Origin: Candidatus Dojkabacteria bacterium HGW-Dojkabacteria-1
Lineage (GTDB): Bacteria > Patescibacteriota > Dojkabacteria > SC72
NCBI GenBank assembly: GCA_002840365.1
Contig: PHAO01000001.1
Location: 524,360-588,359, forward strand
Reading direction: 5' to 3'
Length of the DNA: 64,000 nt
The notes under the pieces are model-generated. The model made no database searches. It saw only the letters and a list, made by a program, of their open reading frames with translations, and was not told the DNA's origin. How positions within the stretch are numbered: the stretch's first letter is position 1; each line of letters begins with the position of its first letter. Positions 27,347 to 36,317 of this stretch are shown here, in pieces. Made by a program: the position numbers and the translations under genes.

Positions 27347-27394
27347 AGAAGAGAGGAGTCTTCACACTGTTTTTAAACAGAAACTCCTCTCTTC
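27347..27394 (+). terminator. Hairpin with a 12-bp perfect stem (GAAGAGAGGAGT / ACTCCTCTCTTC) and a nested palindrome CTGTTTTTAAACAG in its loop. It is a putative terminator after the 73-aa ORF.
   Basis: The inverted repeat was read directly from the sequence. A T-rich stretch 'ACTTTATTAT' follows it. Confidence 0.4.
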
Positions 27395-27544
27395 ACTTTA
27401 TTATGTAGGTCGGTTGTGAGTTGGTAGAAGCTCACATTGCAAGTTCCTGCTTATACGCTGTAAAAGGCGAAGATAAGGTGGGGCGTTTAGCAATCTAGCG
27501 GTGCAAGTCCGACGGCCTACAAATTCATATACAATGTGATAGGC

Positions 27545-27581
27545 TTTTTGAGTTCCATGCCTGAAAGTATCGCCCACCATT
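27545..27581 (+). repeat. Copy B of the 37-nt direct repeat (TTTTTGAGTTCCATGCCTGAAAGTATCGCCCACCATT)
   Basis: It contains GTATCGCCCACCA, which is identical to the 13 nt at the 3' end of tRNA-Val (26623-26635). It sits immediately upstream of the UDG-family gene. Confidence 0.75.
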
Positions 27582-27610
27582 ACTATCAATTTCCATATAT
27601 AATTATCTCA

Positions 27611-28273
27611 ATGAATAAACGAGATAATCTACAAAAAATCTTTGATGAAATCTTCAATCTTAATGTCTGTGGTAAAGACTCTTTGAAAATACCAAGAGAT
27701 ATCTCTAAAACAAATATTAATGCAAAAGTAATGATTATTGCAGAAGCTATGGCACCAGAACAGGTTAGACTCTCTGGTGTAAACTACTTCTACAGGGATG
27801 GAAGAATAGGGAATACAGGCAAATCATTAGAAAAATTCCTAAGTCTTTTTAACCATAGCGTTTATCCCGACAATTCCAACTGTGTATACCATACTGAAAT
27901 AGTACATAGCTTCCCAGGATATGTAATAAAAGGAAGCAAGAAATCAATAAGGAGACCAACGAAGAGAGAGATAGAGAAGTCTATTAATAGTGGAATACTT
28001 CAAAAAGAAATAGTTATTATCAAACCCAAAATAATATTGCTAATGGGTAACACCGCCTACACAGCCTTTTACAATTATTTCTTGAATATAACGCCTTACA
28101 GAAACCTTACAAAAGAAATAGACTATATCTCTAGTACAAAAACTTTTAATCGCTACAACAATATTCCAATCATTCCAATACAACATAGTTCTGGGGCTAA
28201 TCCAAGATTTAACAATATGCTAAAGAATATGGATTTAATAAAAATAATATCTAACATATTAGAGAATGAATAA
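27611..28273 (+). CDS. Uracil-DNA glycosylase superfamily protein (family 4/5-like)
   Basis: Motif A is 'VMIIAEAMAPEQ' (GEAPG-like). Motif 'ILLMGNTAYTAF' is present. The C-terminal motif is 'PIQHSSGANPRFN' (HPSxxN-like). The start was reassigned to the internal Met at 27611, because the tracker's N-terminus runs through repeat B. Confidence 0.6.
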   Translation: MNKRDNLQKIFDEIFNLNVCGKDSLKIPRDISKTNINAKVMIIAEAMAPEQVRLSGVNYFYRDGRIGNTGKSLEKFLSLFNHSVYPDNSNCVYHTEIVHSFPGYVIKGSKKSIRRPTKREIEKSINSGILQKEIVIIKPKIILLMGNTAYTAFYNYFLNITPYRNLTKEIDYISSTKTFNRYNNIPIIPIQHSSGANPRFNNMLKNMDLIKIISNILENE

Positions 28274-28706
28274 TATCTTAATCTATACATTCAGAACATT
28301 CCCTTGGATAGAAGATATTAAAAGTATTTCTAAAGATATCGTTGTACTAGATACATTGAAAATAGATATCATTGAGGTTGAAAAGAAATTAAAACAAAAC
28401 AAATATGTCTTTGTATTAGGTATTGCAAAGGGTAGGCATAGTTCTGTATTTGAAACAAAGGGTGTTAATCAATTTAACAAAGGGAAGATACTAACAGATG
28501 GGAAGGAAGAATATCCTTTATACTTTCCTAAGCAAGGATTTGAAAATATAAAAGTTAATAAAGGCTATACAACATCTTTTTGTAATTGGGGAATGTATAG
28601 GGTTAGTAAGTTAATAGAGGAGAGTAGTCATGAGAGCAAACATATGTTTGTTCATATAAAAGAAGAAGACATACCTGTTCTTAGTAGATATATAACATCA
28701 GAGTAA
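28266..28706 (+). CDS. Hypothetical protein (146 aa) overlapping the UDG gene by 8 nt
   Basis: It is an intact ORF coupled to the upstream gene. No recognisable motifs were found. Confidence 0.35.
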   Translation: MNNILIYTFRTFPWIEDIKSISKDIVVLDTLKIDIIEVEKKLKQNKYVFVLGIAKGRHSSVFETKGVNQFNKGKILTDGKEEYPLYFPKQGFENIKVNKGYTTSFCNWGMYRVSKLIEESSHESKHMFVHIKEEDIPVLSRYITSE

Positions 28707-28711
28707 TCCTG

Positions 28712-28748
28712 TTTTTAAGTTCCATGCTAAAAAGTATAGCCCACCATT
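28712..28748 (+). repeat. Copy C of the 37-nt direct repeat (TTTTTAAGTTCCATGCTAAAAAGTATAGCCCACCATT)
   Basis: It matches the tRNA-Val 3' end at 12 of 13 positions (GTATAGCCCACCA). It lies immediately after the 146-aa ORF and abuts the stop of the minus-strand 179-aa ORF. Confidence 0.75.
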
Positions 28749-29286
28749 ATATCTTCTCAATCGGGTACTTCTTTTCATCCCAATCACTTCTCTTCATCTG
28801 AATTACAATAAATGGTTTAATTGGTTCTTTTGATATATGTTCAAGACCCTCTGATTTATCTACTACTGATTTTGGAAAGATATAAATATATCCCTCATTT
28901 CTGATATTTTCAGGTTTACTTACTCCAAAAAAAGTATCCGTGTAGGTATACTCACCTTCAGGACTAATCTTTGTAACCTTAGAATCTCTTCTTTCTCCCA
29001 CATTTGCACCACCAACTAATGCACAGAATTTTGCAACAATAGGGTTGGAAGTTAAATATACTGCCTTTGCATTACCAAACTCTTTTGAGGAATCATTAGC
29101 TTCTTGTGGAATAAGTTCTACTAATTTCCTAGTACTACCATGTAGTACATATCCATTGTTAACTGCTAGTGTAATAATCCTATCAAGATTATCTATGATT
29201 ACATATTCAAACAGTTCCCCATTTAGTAACTTCTCGTATTTGAATTTTCCCCCTTTGTCCATTATTTCCTTTTTTAAATCTATCAT
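28747..29286 (-). CDS. Hypothetical protein (179 aa)
   Basis: It is an intact ORF with no recognisable motifs. It borders repeat C. Confidence 0.35.
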   Translation of the reverse strand: MIDLKKEIMDKGGKFKYEKLLNGELFEYVIIDNLDRIITLAVNNGYVLHGSTRKLVELIPQEANDSSKEFGNAKAVYLTSNPIVAKFCALVGGANVGERRDSKVTKISPEGEYTYTDTFFGVSKPENIRNEGYIYIFPKSVVDKSEGLEHISKEPIKPFIVIQMKRSDWDEKKYPIEKI

Positions 29287-29414
29287 ACTGTTAATATATC
29301 AATTACAGATTATCAAGATAATTTTAACACTAATTATTTCTTTTTTAGAAGGGATGAAAAATTAAGTTCTATTTCACCCATATATTCCATCTCTAACAAT
29401 CTTGGATATTCTTT

Positions 29415-30005
29415 CTACAATATCTTTATTAATATAACTGTTAGTATTCCCAGTATCATAAAAGGTACAAAAGGAATATGCAAACCCTTTAATTTCCCTT
29501 TTTTCTTACCTATAAATAGTGCATATGCTATAGCTGAAAAAACAGTAATATATGACCAAAACATGAGATTACTGTAACCTATGAGTAATCCTGTAATCAA
29601 AGCAATCCTTACATCTCCTTGACCAAGTGCTTTTTCCTTTGAAACTAAGACTATTAATTGAAATATACTACCAAGTAAAAGTGCTCCAAGAAAATTATTG
29701 TATGGAGAATATACAAAATTATTTCCTAATATATATTCGAACTCACTACCTAGTACAAGAAATAAAATTATATTAAATGCAAAGAGAAATAGAAGTAGGG
29801 ACAAAGAAGAGACATTGTGTACTTCCATATGTTTGAAATCATACTTTGCTAAACATATTAAGACTCCAGAAACTATTGAAACAGTAACATATATTACTAA
29901 GTTTAAGAATGAAAAGTAGTAGAAGAGAAAAAAAATACCAAAGAGAAGAAGGAAAAGAAGAAATATCAAATAGTGTAGGTTTTTTAAAGAAATAATTTTT
30001 CTCAT
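29415..30005 (-). CDS. pilD: Type IV prepilin peptidase (A24 family), short form without the N-terminal zinc-finger domain
   Basis: Motif 'AKYDFKHMEV' holds the first catalytic Asp. Motif 'LGQGDVRIALITGL' is the GxGD box. Motif 'HIPFVPFMILG' is present. The protein is polytopic. Confidence 0.7.
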   Translation of the reverse strand: MRKIISLKNLHYLIFLLFLLLFGIFFLFYYFSFLNLVIYVTVSIVSGVLICLAKYDFKHMEVHNVSSLSLLLFLFAFNIILFLVLGSEFEYILGNNFVYSPYNNFLGALLLGSIFQLIVLVSKEKALGQGDVRIALITGLLIGYSNLMFWSYITVFSAIAYALFIGKKKGKLKGLHIPFVPFMILGILTVILIKIL

Positions 30006-30379
30006 TGAATATTAGTTAGCTCGAATGGATTAGTACTTGTATTAAGCTCTCTTTTTAATGTTAATTTTGTATTGTTATTATCAGTTGTTACTATTGTCAT
30101 AATCTTTACACCACTGAATCCTATTTTGTTTTGTATATCTACATTACAATTCCAATTAGTTTGATTAATTTGAAATATTCCTGTAAACGAGGGGTTTCTT
30201 TTAATCATATATACTGTCTCCTCCAAACAAGTTTCAGCATTGGTCCTTAAAATTTGAGAGTCATAGTTCATTTTTGTAATTGATAGAGTTGTAATATTTT
30301 CATACAAAGAGTTAACCCCTGTAAGAAGAAGTAGGGGAACTATTACTAGAATTGCTGTTAATGCTACATATCCTTTCAT
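30002..30379 (-). CDS. Putative minor pilin-like protein lacking Glu5
   Basis: The N-terminus 'MKGYVALTAILVIVPLLLL' is pilin-like but without the G-F-T-L-x-E signature. The gene sits between pilD and pilin genes and overlaps them by 4 nt. It ends with a TGA stop. Confidence 0.3.
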   Translation of the reverse strand: MKGYVALTAILVIVPLLLLTGVNSLYENITTLSITKMNYDSQILRTNAETCLEETVYMIKRNPSFTGIFQINQTNWNCNVDIQNKIGFSGVKIMTIVTTDNNNTKLTLKRELNTSTNPFELTNIQ

Positions 30380-30849
30380 CTAATTGTAAACAACATATTA
30401 ATTCTCTCACTCAAGGAATTATCCTTGTTTGAGATGAGATCTACCTTTAGTATAACCCCAAGTATATCCTCTTTGCCTTGATATACAGGTTCTAGATAAA
30501 ACCTTGTAACAGAAATACTTGGAGGAGTAATTGCTACTCCATCATAATACAATCTTGAATTTATTAAGGAGTACTGCTTTGCTCCAACTTCTGATATTAA
30601 TTCTAATCTCCCATTATCATCTTCAAATACCGAATTCATATCATTCACTCTCAATGCAGAGTTAAAGCTCTCTTCAAAATGCTGAACAACTAAGGTAGAG
30701 GAGTGATGTAAATTGCTCTTACGAATATTCCTTAATGTACTTTCTTGAGCTGAGAGCATGAAGTTTAGAATCATGATTATTATGATTGCAAAAAGACCTA
30801 TGTATACTAGCGATTCTATTAAGGTTATTCCTTTTAATCTATTTTTCAT
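30376..30849 (-). CDS. Type IV pilin-like / pseudopilin
   Basis: The class III signal sequence is 'KGITLIESLVYIGLFAIIIIM' (G|ITLIE). Confidence 0.6.
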   Translation of the reverse strand: MKNRLKGITLIESLVYIGLFAIIIIMILNFMLSAQESTLRNIRKSNLHHSSTLVVQHFEESFNSALRVNDMNSVFEDDNGRLELISEVGAKQYSLINSRLYYDGVAITPPSISVTRFYLEPVYQGKEDILGVILKVDLISNKDNSLSERINMLFTIR

Positions 30850-32743
30850 AGTTAATTACTATTTCTTCAACTAAAGGTGTAACAACTGTATTAGATTCCA
30901 TAATCACTCGATATTGAAGGTATCTACCTCTTAGATTGCTAGGAAGCTCATGAATACCTGAGATAGAGTAATATGTATCAGCTGTACCATCAGGACCTAC
31001 CCATACAGAACCTGCCATATTAGAAAAGTCACTGACTCTAAATTGTAATCTTAAAGAGGTGCCCTCAGGAACAGTCGTTGTTAGGCCAAGTATATAGTAG
31101 GTAGAAGATTGAGATTCAGAATCATATATTGGAGATGTATATACTCCATATGGAAGATATCCATTACCATCAGCTCCACCACCACCTGGACCTCCCTGTA
31201 TTATCTTAAACTCCTGACTAGCATCCTTTGTTACAACATATGTGTAGTATTTCACTCCATTTGTGACAAGTGCTAAGGCATTAACTCCACTATCTACATT
31301 TAATCCTCCACATCTTACAGGTGCACTTTCATTAGTAATATCTAGTACTAGATATTCTTCACCACTTGTTCCAACAATTATCGCTCTGTTATCTATGGCC
31401 GCAACATTTAAGGGATTCATTGTTGAAACATTGTAAGAACCAATTAAAGAAGGAGATGTCTTGTTTGTAATATCTAAAATGAAGAACTCGTGACCTGTAT
31501 TTTGCACAGTTGTAACATATGCTCTTTGAGTATCTTCAGAAATATACAAAGAGGTAGCATTTGCACTGTTTAAAGTAAAAGATGCTCTCTGGACAATACT
31601 GTTTGAAGTATATTCAAATATTCTAAATTGATTACTACTAGCTCCAACAGCAGCATATATATATTTATCACCAACAAACATATCTGTTACAGCTCCAGAT
31701 GAAATAGTAGTAACAGATGGGCGAACCCCTTCGAACGAGGAAATATCAAACATTGTTATATCACTACCATGCGCTACAAAGCCTCTGTTTCCATATGCGG
31801 ATACTGAGTTACCATCTTGGGAACCACTTGAGTCAAATCTGCCTATTAATGCAAATGGTGTTACACCTGTATCAATTATCGCAACTTCTGCATCATTCCT
31901 ATCTGTAGCTAGTAATACAATATTCCCAATACCAAAAACATCATTTACTTTGTAATTTTGATTAAACTCTCCTTGTACTGATACAGAGGGAGGATCACCA
32001 TTTACATGTATTTTCATAAAGTCTAAACCAGATGCATTACCACCTGTTCCCATAAAGACATTTTCTCCATATACAGAGATATTTGATGCAACTCCCTGAC
32101 CTGGAAGATTGTAAGCTGACATGCTAAGAGAAGGGTTACACCAGTCAGCATAGAACATTGACTGCAGTCTAATCTCTCCGCCTGTAATATTTACAGCTAT
32201 TGTTCCGTCATGTTCACCTGGAGTAAAGTCTTCTAATGTTGTATACACAATGGAATTTGTATCCCAGTCATTGATAAAGATAACGGGATTAACAGTATTT
32301 ATCCTACCAAGAAAATCTCTCCATTCTATGCTTACTAATACCATTCTTGTATGTGGATCATTTGTTCCACCAGATAGTACTACCATTCCATTACTATCTC
32401 TGTGTGCAGGTTCAATTGAGAAAGAATATGTAAATCCATTTATTTCTCCTTGACCTTCGTTAATGGTATATTCTCCATTTTCAAATACAAAGTGTTTCTC
32501 TCCTTCACCTGTATATCTAGCAACTCCATACCAAGATGCAGATTTAATCATCAAAAGAGTACTGTTAATATCTTCAACAATATGTGCTGCTTTTATCCTT
32601 GCTCTACTGTTTTCTAATGTTCTTGTTGAGTCTACCACAAGAAGTAGTAAAGTGGAGGACATAATAGCAAATATCCCTATTGCTAAAACTAACTCTGTTA
32701 ATCCAAAACCTTTTAACTTTTTCTTAAAGAGTTTCATAGTCAA
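30839..32743 (-). CDS. Large pilin-like protein (634 aa) with a prepilin N-terminus and a big beta-rich extracellular domain. It may be a tip or adhesin subunit.
   Basis: The N-terminus is 'KGFGLTELVLAIGIFAIM' (G|FGLTE). The C-terminus carries a Gly-rich stretch 'GGPGGGGADGNG'. Confidence 0.55.
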   Translation of the reverse strand: MTMKLFKKKLKGFGLTELVLAIGIFAIMSSTLLLLVVDSTRTLENSRARIKAAHIVEDINSTLLMIKSASWYGVARYTGEGEKHFVFENGEYTINEGQGEINGFTYSFSIEPAHRDSNGMVVLSGGTNDPHTRMVLVSIEWRDFLGRINTVNPVIFINDWDTNSIVYTTLEDFTPGEHDGTIAVNITGGEIRLQSMFYADWCNPSLSMSAYNLPGQGVASNISVYGENVFMGTGGNASGLDFMKIHVNGDPPSVSVQGEFNQNYKVNDVFGIGNIVLLATDRNDAEVAIIDTGVTPFALIGRFDSSGSQDGNSVSAYGNRGFVAHGSDITMFDISSFEGVRPSVTTISSGAVTDMFVGDKYIYAAVGASSNQFRIFEYTSNSIVQRASFTLNSANATSLYISEDTQRAYVTTVQNTGHEFFILDITNKTSPSLIGSYNVSTMNPLNVAAIDNRAIIVGTSGEEYLVLDITNESAPVRCGGLNVDSGVNALALVTNGVKYYTYVVTKDASQEFKIIQGGPGGGGADGNGYLPYGVYTSPIYDSESQSSTYYILGLTTTVPEGTSLRLQFRVSDFSNMAGSVWVGPDGTADTYYSISGIHELPSNLRGRYLQYRVIMESNTVVTPLVEEIVINYEK

Positions 32744-33188
32744 TTAACCCCTCCCTATTTATATACAACAGCACTGAAAATGTTCCATCTGTTAACACTA
32801 ATGATCCGTATACAGATGGTTTAAATTTACCTGCAGGAAAAAGTATTTCATTGCCTAAAGTCAAATTTATTGATGTAATATACATATTCGCTGGTAGATT
32901 CTTTGATTGAGTCTCAGAAGCTACAGAGAATGACTCTCCATCAAAAATTGTATACCCGTTATTTCTAATATACACACCTCCGGGAATTTCTTTGTACGCA
33001 CTTCTTTGTTGTTGATAGTAGATGTCCGTTTTTAATTGATTAGCATATGACTCTAGTTTAGTTTTTTGTGCTTTTTGTAGTGTAATAGGGAAGACTAATA
33101 CGGACAATATTAAAAGAATACCCATGACAACAAGTATTTCAAAGAGGGAAAAACCTTTAGGATTGTTTTTAGATATATCTCTATTCAT
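32724..33188 (-). CDS. Type IV pilin-like / pseudopilin
   Basis: The N-terminus is 'PKGFSLFEILVVMGILLIL' (G|FSLFE). Confidence 0.6.
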   Translation of the reverse strand: MNRDISKNNPKGFSLFEILVVMGILLILSVLVFPITLQKAQKTKLESYANQLKTDIYYQQQRSAYKEIPGGVYIRNNGYTIFDGESFSVASETQSKNLPANMYITSINLTLGNEILFPAGKFKPSVYGSLVLTDGTFSVLLYINREGLIDYETL

Positions 33189-34287
33189 TTATACTTCCCA
33201 TCAATTGATAAATTGGCATAAGGATAGTTACACCTAGTAAGCCAATTATTACCCCGACGAGAATTAAAAGTAATGGTTCTACTAAAGTAACAATATTGTT
33301 GCTCATCTCAGTTACATCATCGGAGTAATAGTCATGAAGATACATCATATTTTCTTCTAATGTACCACTCATTTCTCCTATCTCAACCATTTTTACAAAG
33401 GATTTGTTAAAGTATTGGTCATGTATAGCGAGAGATGAAGCTAAATTCTCCCCTCTATCAATTCTTCCATGTACATCTTTTAATATTTCAGCATATATGT
33501 AGTTACTCATGGTTGAAGAGGAGATAAGCATTGCCTTAGAAAGAGGTAAACCACTTGCTAAAAGAACCCCCAAGGTTCTTGAGAATGTAGCAAGTATATT
33601 ACTGATAAAGAGATTCTTTAATATTGGGAATCTAATGGAAAGTAAGCTAGTAAACTTTTTACCTGGTTTTGTATTAAGAAAGAGAATAAAACCAATGATT
33701 AGTAGCACTATAATACCAAATATTAATATCCAGTTATCCCTAATAGCTTGAGCAGTATTCATAATGAATATTGTAAAAGCTGGAACATTTGGGAATGATG
33801 AATACAAATCTTCCATTTTTGGAAGAACAATAAAAATCATACCTATAAATTCTGCAATGGTCAGAGATACAATAATTGCTGGATATATAACTGCACCTTT
33901 CATCTTTCTGTTTAATTCGTATGATTTCTTTATTGATTCAGCAATAAAGAGGAGATTGTTCTCTAAAGAGGCTCCTCGTTCACCAGCTTCTACAACTGAT
34001 ACCATAGTTTCTGGGAATATCTTTGGAAATAGTCTCATTGCCTCAGAAAGGCTTGATCCTTGTTCTATCTCTCTATGTAAGTATGCATAAATCATATTAA
34101 GATTTTTGTCATTAGATTGCTCAGACATTGTTTTAATAGAGTCTGAGAGAGAAATACTTGCTCTTAAAAGTGCCGCAAGGGACTTAATTGATATCAATAG
34201 ATTAGATGTTGATACTCTAATTCTTTGAAGTTTTTTTAATTCCTTCTGCTTCAATGTATCCTGTTGTGATAATTCTGCTTTCTTCAT
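33181..34287 (-). CDS. pilC: Type IV pilus / T2SS platform protein (GspF/PilC family)
   Basis: Two T2SSF-like repeats are present, with three TM segments. The motifs are 'AGERGASLENNL' and 'IGEMSGTLEENMMYL'. Confidence 0.75.
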   Translation of the reverse strand: MKKAELSQQDTLKQKELKKLQRIRVSTSNLLISIKSLAALLRASISLSDSIKTMSEQSNDKNLNMIYAYLHREIEQGSSLSEAMRLFPKIFPETMVSVVEAGERGASLENNLLFIAESIKKSYELNRKMKGAVIYPAIIVSLTIAEFIGMIFIVLPKMEDLYSSFPNVPAFTIFIMNTAQAIRDNWILIFGIIVLLIIGFILFLNTKPGKKFTSLLSIRFPILKNLFISNILATFSRTLGVLLASGLPLSKAMLISSSTMSNYIYAEILKDVHGRIDRGENLASSLAIHDQYFNKSFVKMVEIGEMSGTLEENMMYLHDYYSDDVTEMSNNIVTLVEPLLLILVGVIIGLLGVTILMPIYQLMGSINE

Positions 34288-35660
34288 TATTCTTTAATAG
34301 CTACAACTCTCATTAATTCCTCCATAGAGACAACACCTTTCTTTAATTTGAGAATTCCATCCTCCATCATTAACTTAAATCCTTGTTTTTTAGCAATCGC
34401 ATATATATTGTCTGTTGTTGGTTCACTAATTATGACATCCCTTATCTCTTTGTTTGTTCTTAGTATTTCATATATACCAATTCTTCCTGAATATCCTGTG
34501 TTATCACATTTACTACAACCATTTGCTTTGAAGAGCTTGTCTGTAGAGTTCATATGTTTTGCAATATCAGGTCTAAGTTTTAGCATTTCACGATGTTCCT
34601 CATCCTTTGCTAATACATATTCACTCTTACAGTTATCACAAAGTCTTCTTGCTAATCTTTGGCTTATGATAATATTAACAGTAGAAGCGACCAAAAATGG
34701 TTCAATACCCATATCAATGAGTCTTGGAATAGCACTAATTGCATCATTTGCATGAATAGTAGAGAGTACTAAGTGACCAGTAAGAGCAGAATTAACAGTA
34801 ATTCTTGCTGTTTCTGTATCTCTAATTTCTCCTACCATGATGATGTTAGGATCTTGCCTTAATATTGACCTTAATCCATTAGCGAAGGTCAAATCACTTT
34901 TAGTATTAATCTGTATATGATTTACTCCCTCAATATTGTATTCTACTGGATCTTCAATAGTAGTAATATTTACATTTCTTGTATTGAGGATTTTAAGAAT
35001 GGAGTAAAGTGTAGTAGTTTTTCCACTTCCTGTAGGACCAGTTGCAAGAATCAATCCATATGGCTCTCTATAACTTGCTTCTACTTTTGCCAAATCATCA
35101 GGCTCAAATCCCAAATCAGCAAGACCAAAAGCCCTGTTGTTTTGAGATAAAAGTCTAATTACAACCTTCTCTCCAAAAGTTACTGGAAGTATAGAGATTC
35201 TAGCATCTATTTTACATACACCATCATCTAACACAGAGGGTACTGGACATGCATCTCCTTTTTTAATTTCCTCCTCCTTTTTCTCAACCTTCTTTTCTTC
35301 TTTTTCGTCCTTTTTCTTCTCTACCTCTTTCTCTTCGACTGGTGGTACTGGTTTCTGGGGAACCTTAAAAGAGAAGAGTATCTTTCCATCTTGAGGAGCA
35401 AAGTGAATGTCCGTTCTAAGCTTTGCTCTTACTTTTATAATGAAAAGAATACTCTCCTCTAGATTATTACCTATGGTAACAATGTCCCTTAACATTCCAT
35501 CTATTCTGTATCTAACCAAAAGATTGTTTCCTTCTCGAGCTTCAAGATGAATATCAGAGGCCTTTCTTTCGAATGCTTCCTGAACAATTATGTCTAGTAG
35601 TTCTGATACATTCAGCTTTCTTTTAGACACATCATCTATAGCTTTTAGAAGTTCAACCAT
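34287..35660 (-). CDS. pilB: Type IV pilus assembly ATPase (GspE/PilB family) with a Lys/Glu-rich insertion
   Basis: Walker A is 'LATGPTGSGKTTTLYS'. The Asp box is 'TIEDPVEY'. The His box is 'RQDPNIIMVGEIRD'. The tetra-Cys motif is 'CDNCK...CSKCDNTGYSGRIGIYE'. The insertion is 'VEEKEVEKKKDEKEEKKVEKKEEEIKKGD'. Confidence 0.85.
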   Translation of the reverse strand: MVELLKAIDDVSKRKLNVSELLDIIVQEAFERKASDIHLEAREGNNLLVRYRIDGMLRDIVTIGNNLEESILFIIKVRAKLRTDIHFAPQDGKILFSFKVPQKPVPPVEEKEVEKKKDEKEEKKVEKKEEEIKKGDACPVPSVLDDGVCKIDARISILPVTFGEKVVIRLLSQNNRAFGLADLGFEPDDLAKVEASYREPYGLILATGPTGSGKTTTLYSILKILNTRNVNITTIEDPVEYNIEGVNHIQINTKSDLTFANGLRSILRQDPNIIMVGEIRDTETARITVNSALTGHLVLSTIHANDAISAIPRLIDMGIEPFLVASTVNIIISQRLARRLCDNCKSEYVLAKDEEHREMLKLRPDIAKHMNSTDKLFKANGCSKCDNTGYSGRIGIYEILRTNKEIRDVIISEPTTDNIYAIAKKQGFKLMMEDGILKLKKGVVSMEELMRVVAIKE

Positions 35661-35721
35661 AATAGTAGGACAGTAATACTATGTCGAATAGATTAATATA
35701 TTAAGACCGAAATAACCAAGG

Positions 35722-36195
35722 TTATCTCTTTACAACAATCTCTTTGTTGTTCTCTCTAAGTGGAGCGCTTACTTGTACTCTACCACCTGTTGTTACACAG
35801 ATATTGTATCCTGTACCTTCAGCAGAAGCTGCTCTACTTGGATCTCGAGGGATTGCAACGATAAATTCATCTACTAATACTGTAGACAGATTTACCATTC
35901 CTGTACCAGTTCCAATCTCTGTACCTGCATATGCATTTGCAGAATCGCATGTTGCAATTGTTCCAGCAAGGGCTGACAATCCTGCTACAGAGTTTCCTTC
36001 CTCAGAAGTATACTGTGTTACAGCATTAAGAATCTGTGTTACATCAGCACTTCTTTGAGCATTTCTGGTATCTCTGAAGTTCTTTCCTGGGTTGATAGCA
36101 ACCAAGGTTATTGTAGCCAAAATGATAATCAAGGCTACTACGACTAGGATTTCTATAAGAGAGAATCCTTGGTACTTTCTTTGATCTCTAACCAT
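35722..36195 (-). CDS. Type IV pilin (candidate major pilin)
   Basis: The N-terminus is 'QGFSLIEILVVVALIIILATITLVAI' (G|FSLIE). The protein is 157 aa. It is the first gene of the leftward cluster. Confidence 0.7.
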   Translation of the reverse strand: MVRDQRKYQGFSLIEILVVVALIIILATITLVAINPGKNFRDTRNAQRSADVTQILNAVTQYTSEEGNSVAGLSALAGTIATCDSANAYAGTEIGTGTGMVNLSTVLVDEFIVAIPRDPSRAASAEGTGYNICVTTGGRVQVSAPLRENNKEIVVKR

Positions 36196-36317
36196 TTATA
36201 TTAAATATAAATTTATATATACCTAAAATATACAAGCATGGATTATGAGTGTCAATTAACTTCCGTATTAACCTTTGGTTTGGCTTTTCATTAATTTTGG
36301 TATAGAATAATGATTAT

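Noticed and set aside
27408-27532. A second, intron-containing or disrupted tRNA gene
   Set aside because: Acceptor-like and D-arm-like pairings exist. However, no 7-nt anticodon loop and no T-stem can be folded, and the spacing is incompatible with a cloverleaf. The region is kept only as a possible structured RNA.
27401-27589. A 62-aa ORF on the minus strand
   Set aside because: It lies across the GC-rich putative structured region and repeat B. It has no ribosome-binding site and an Arg- and Leu-rich composition typical of antisense GC-rich DNA.
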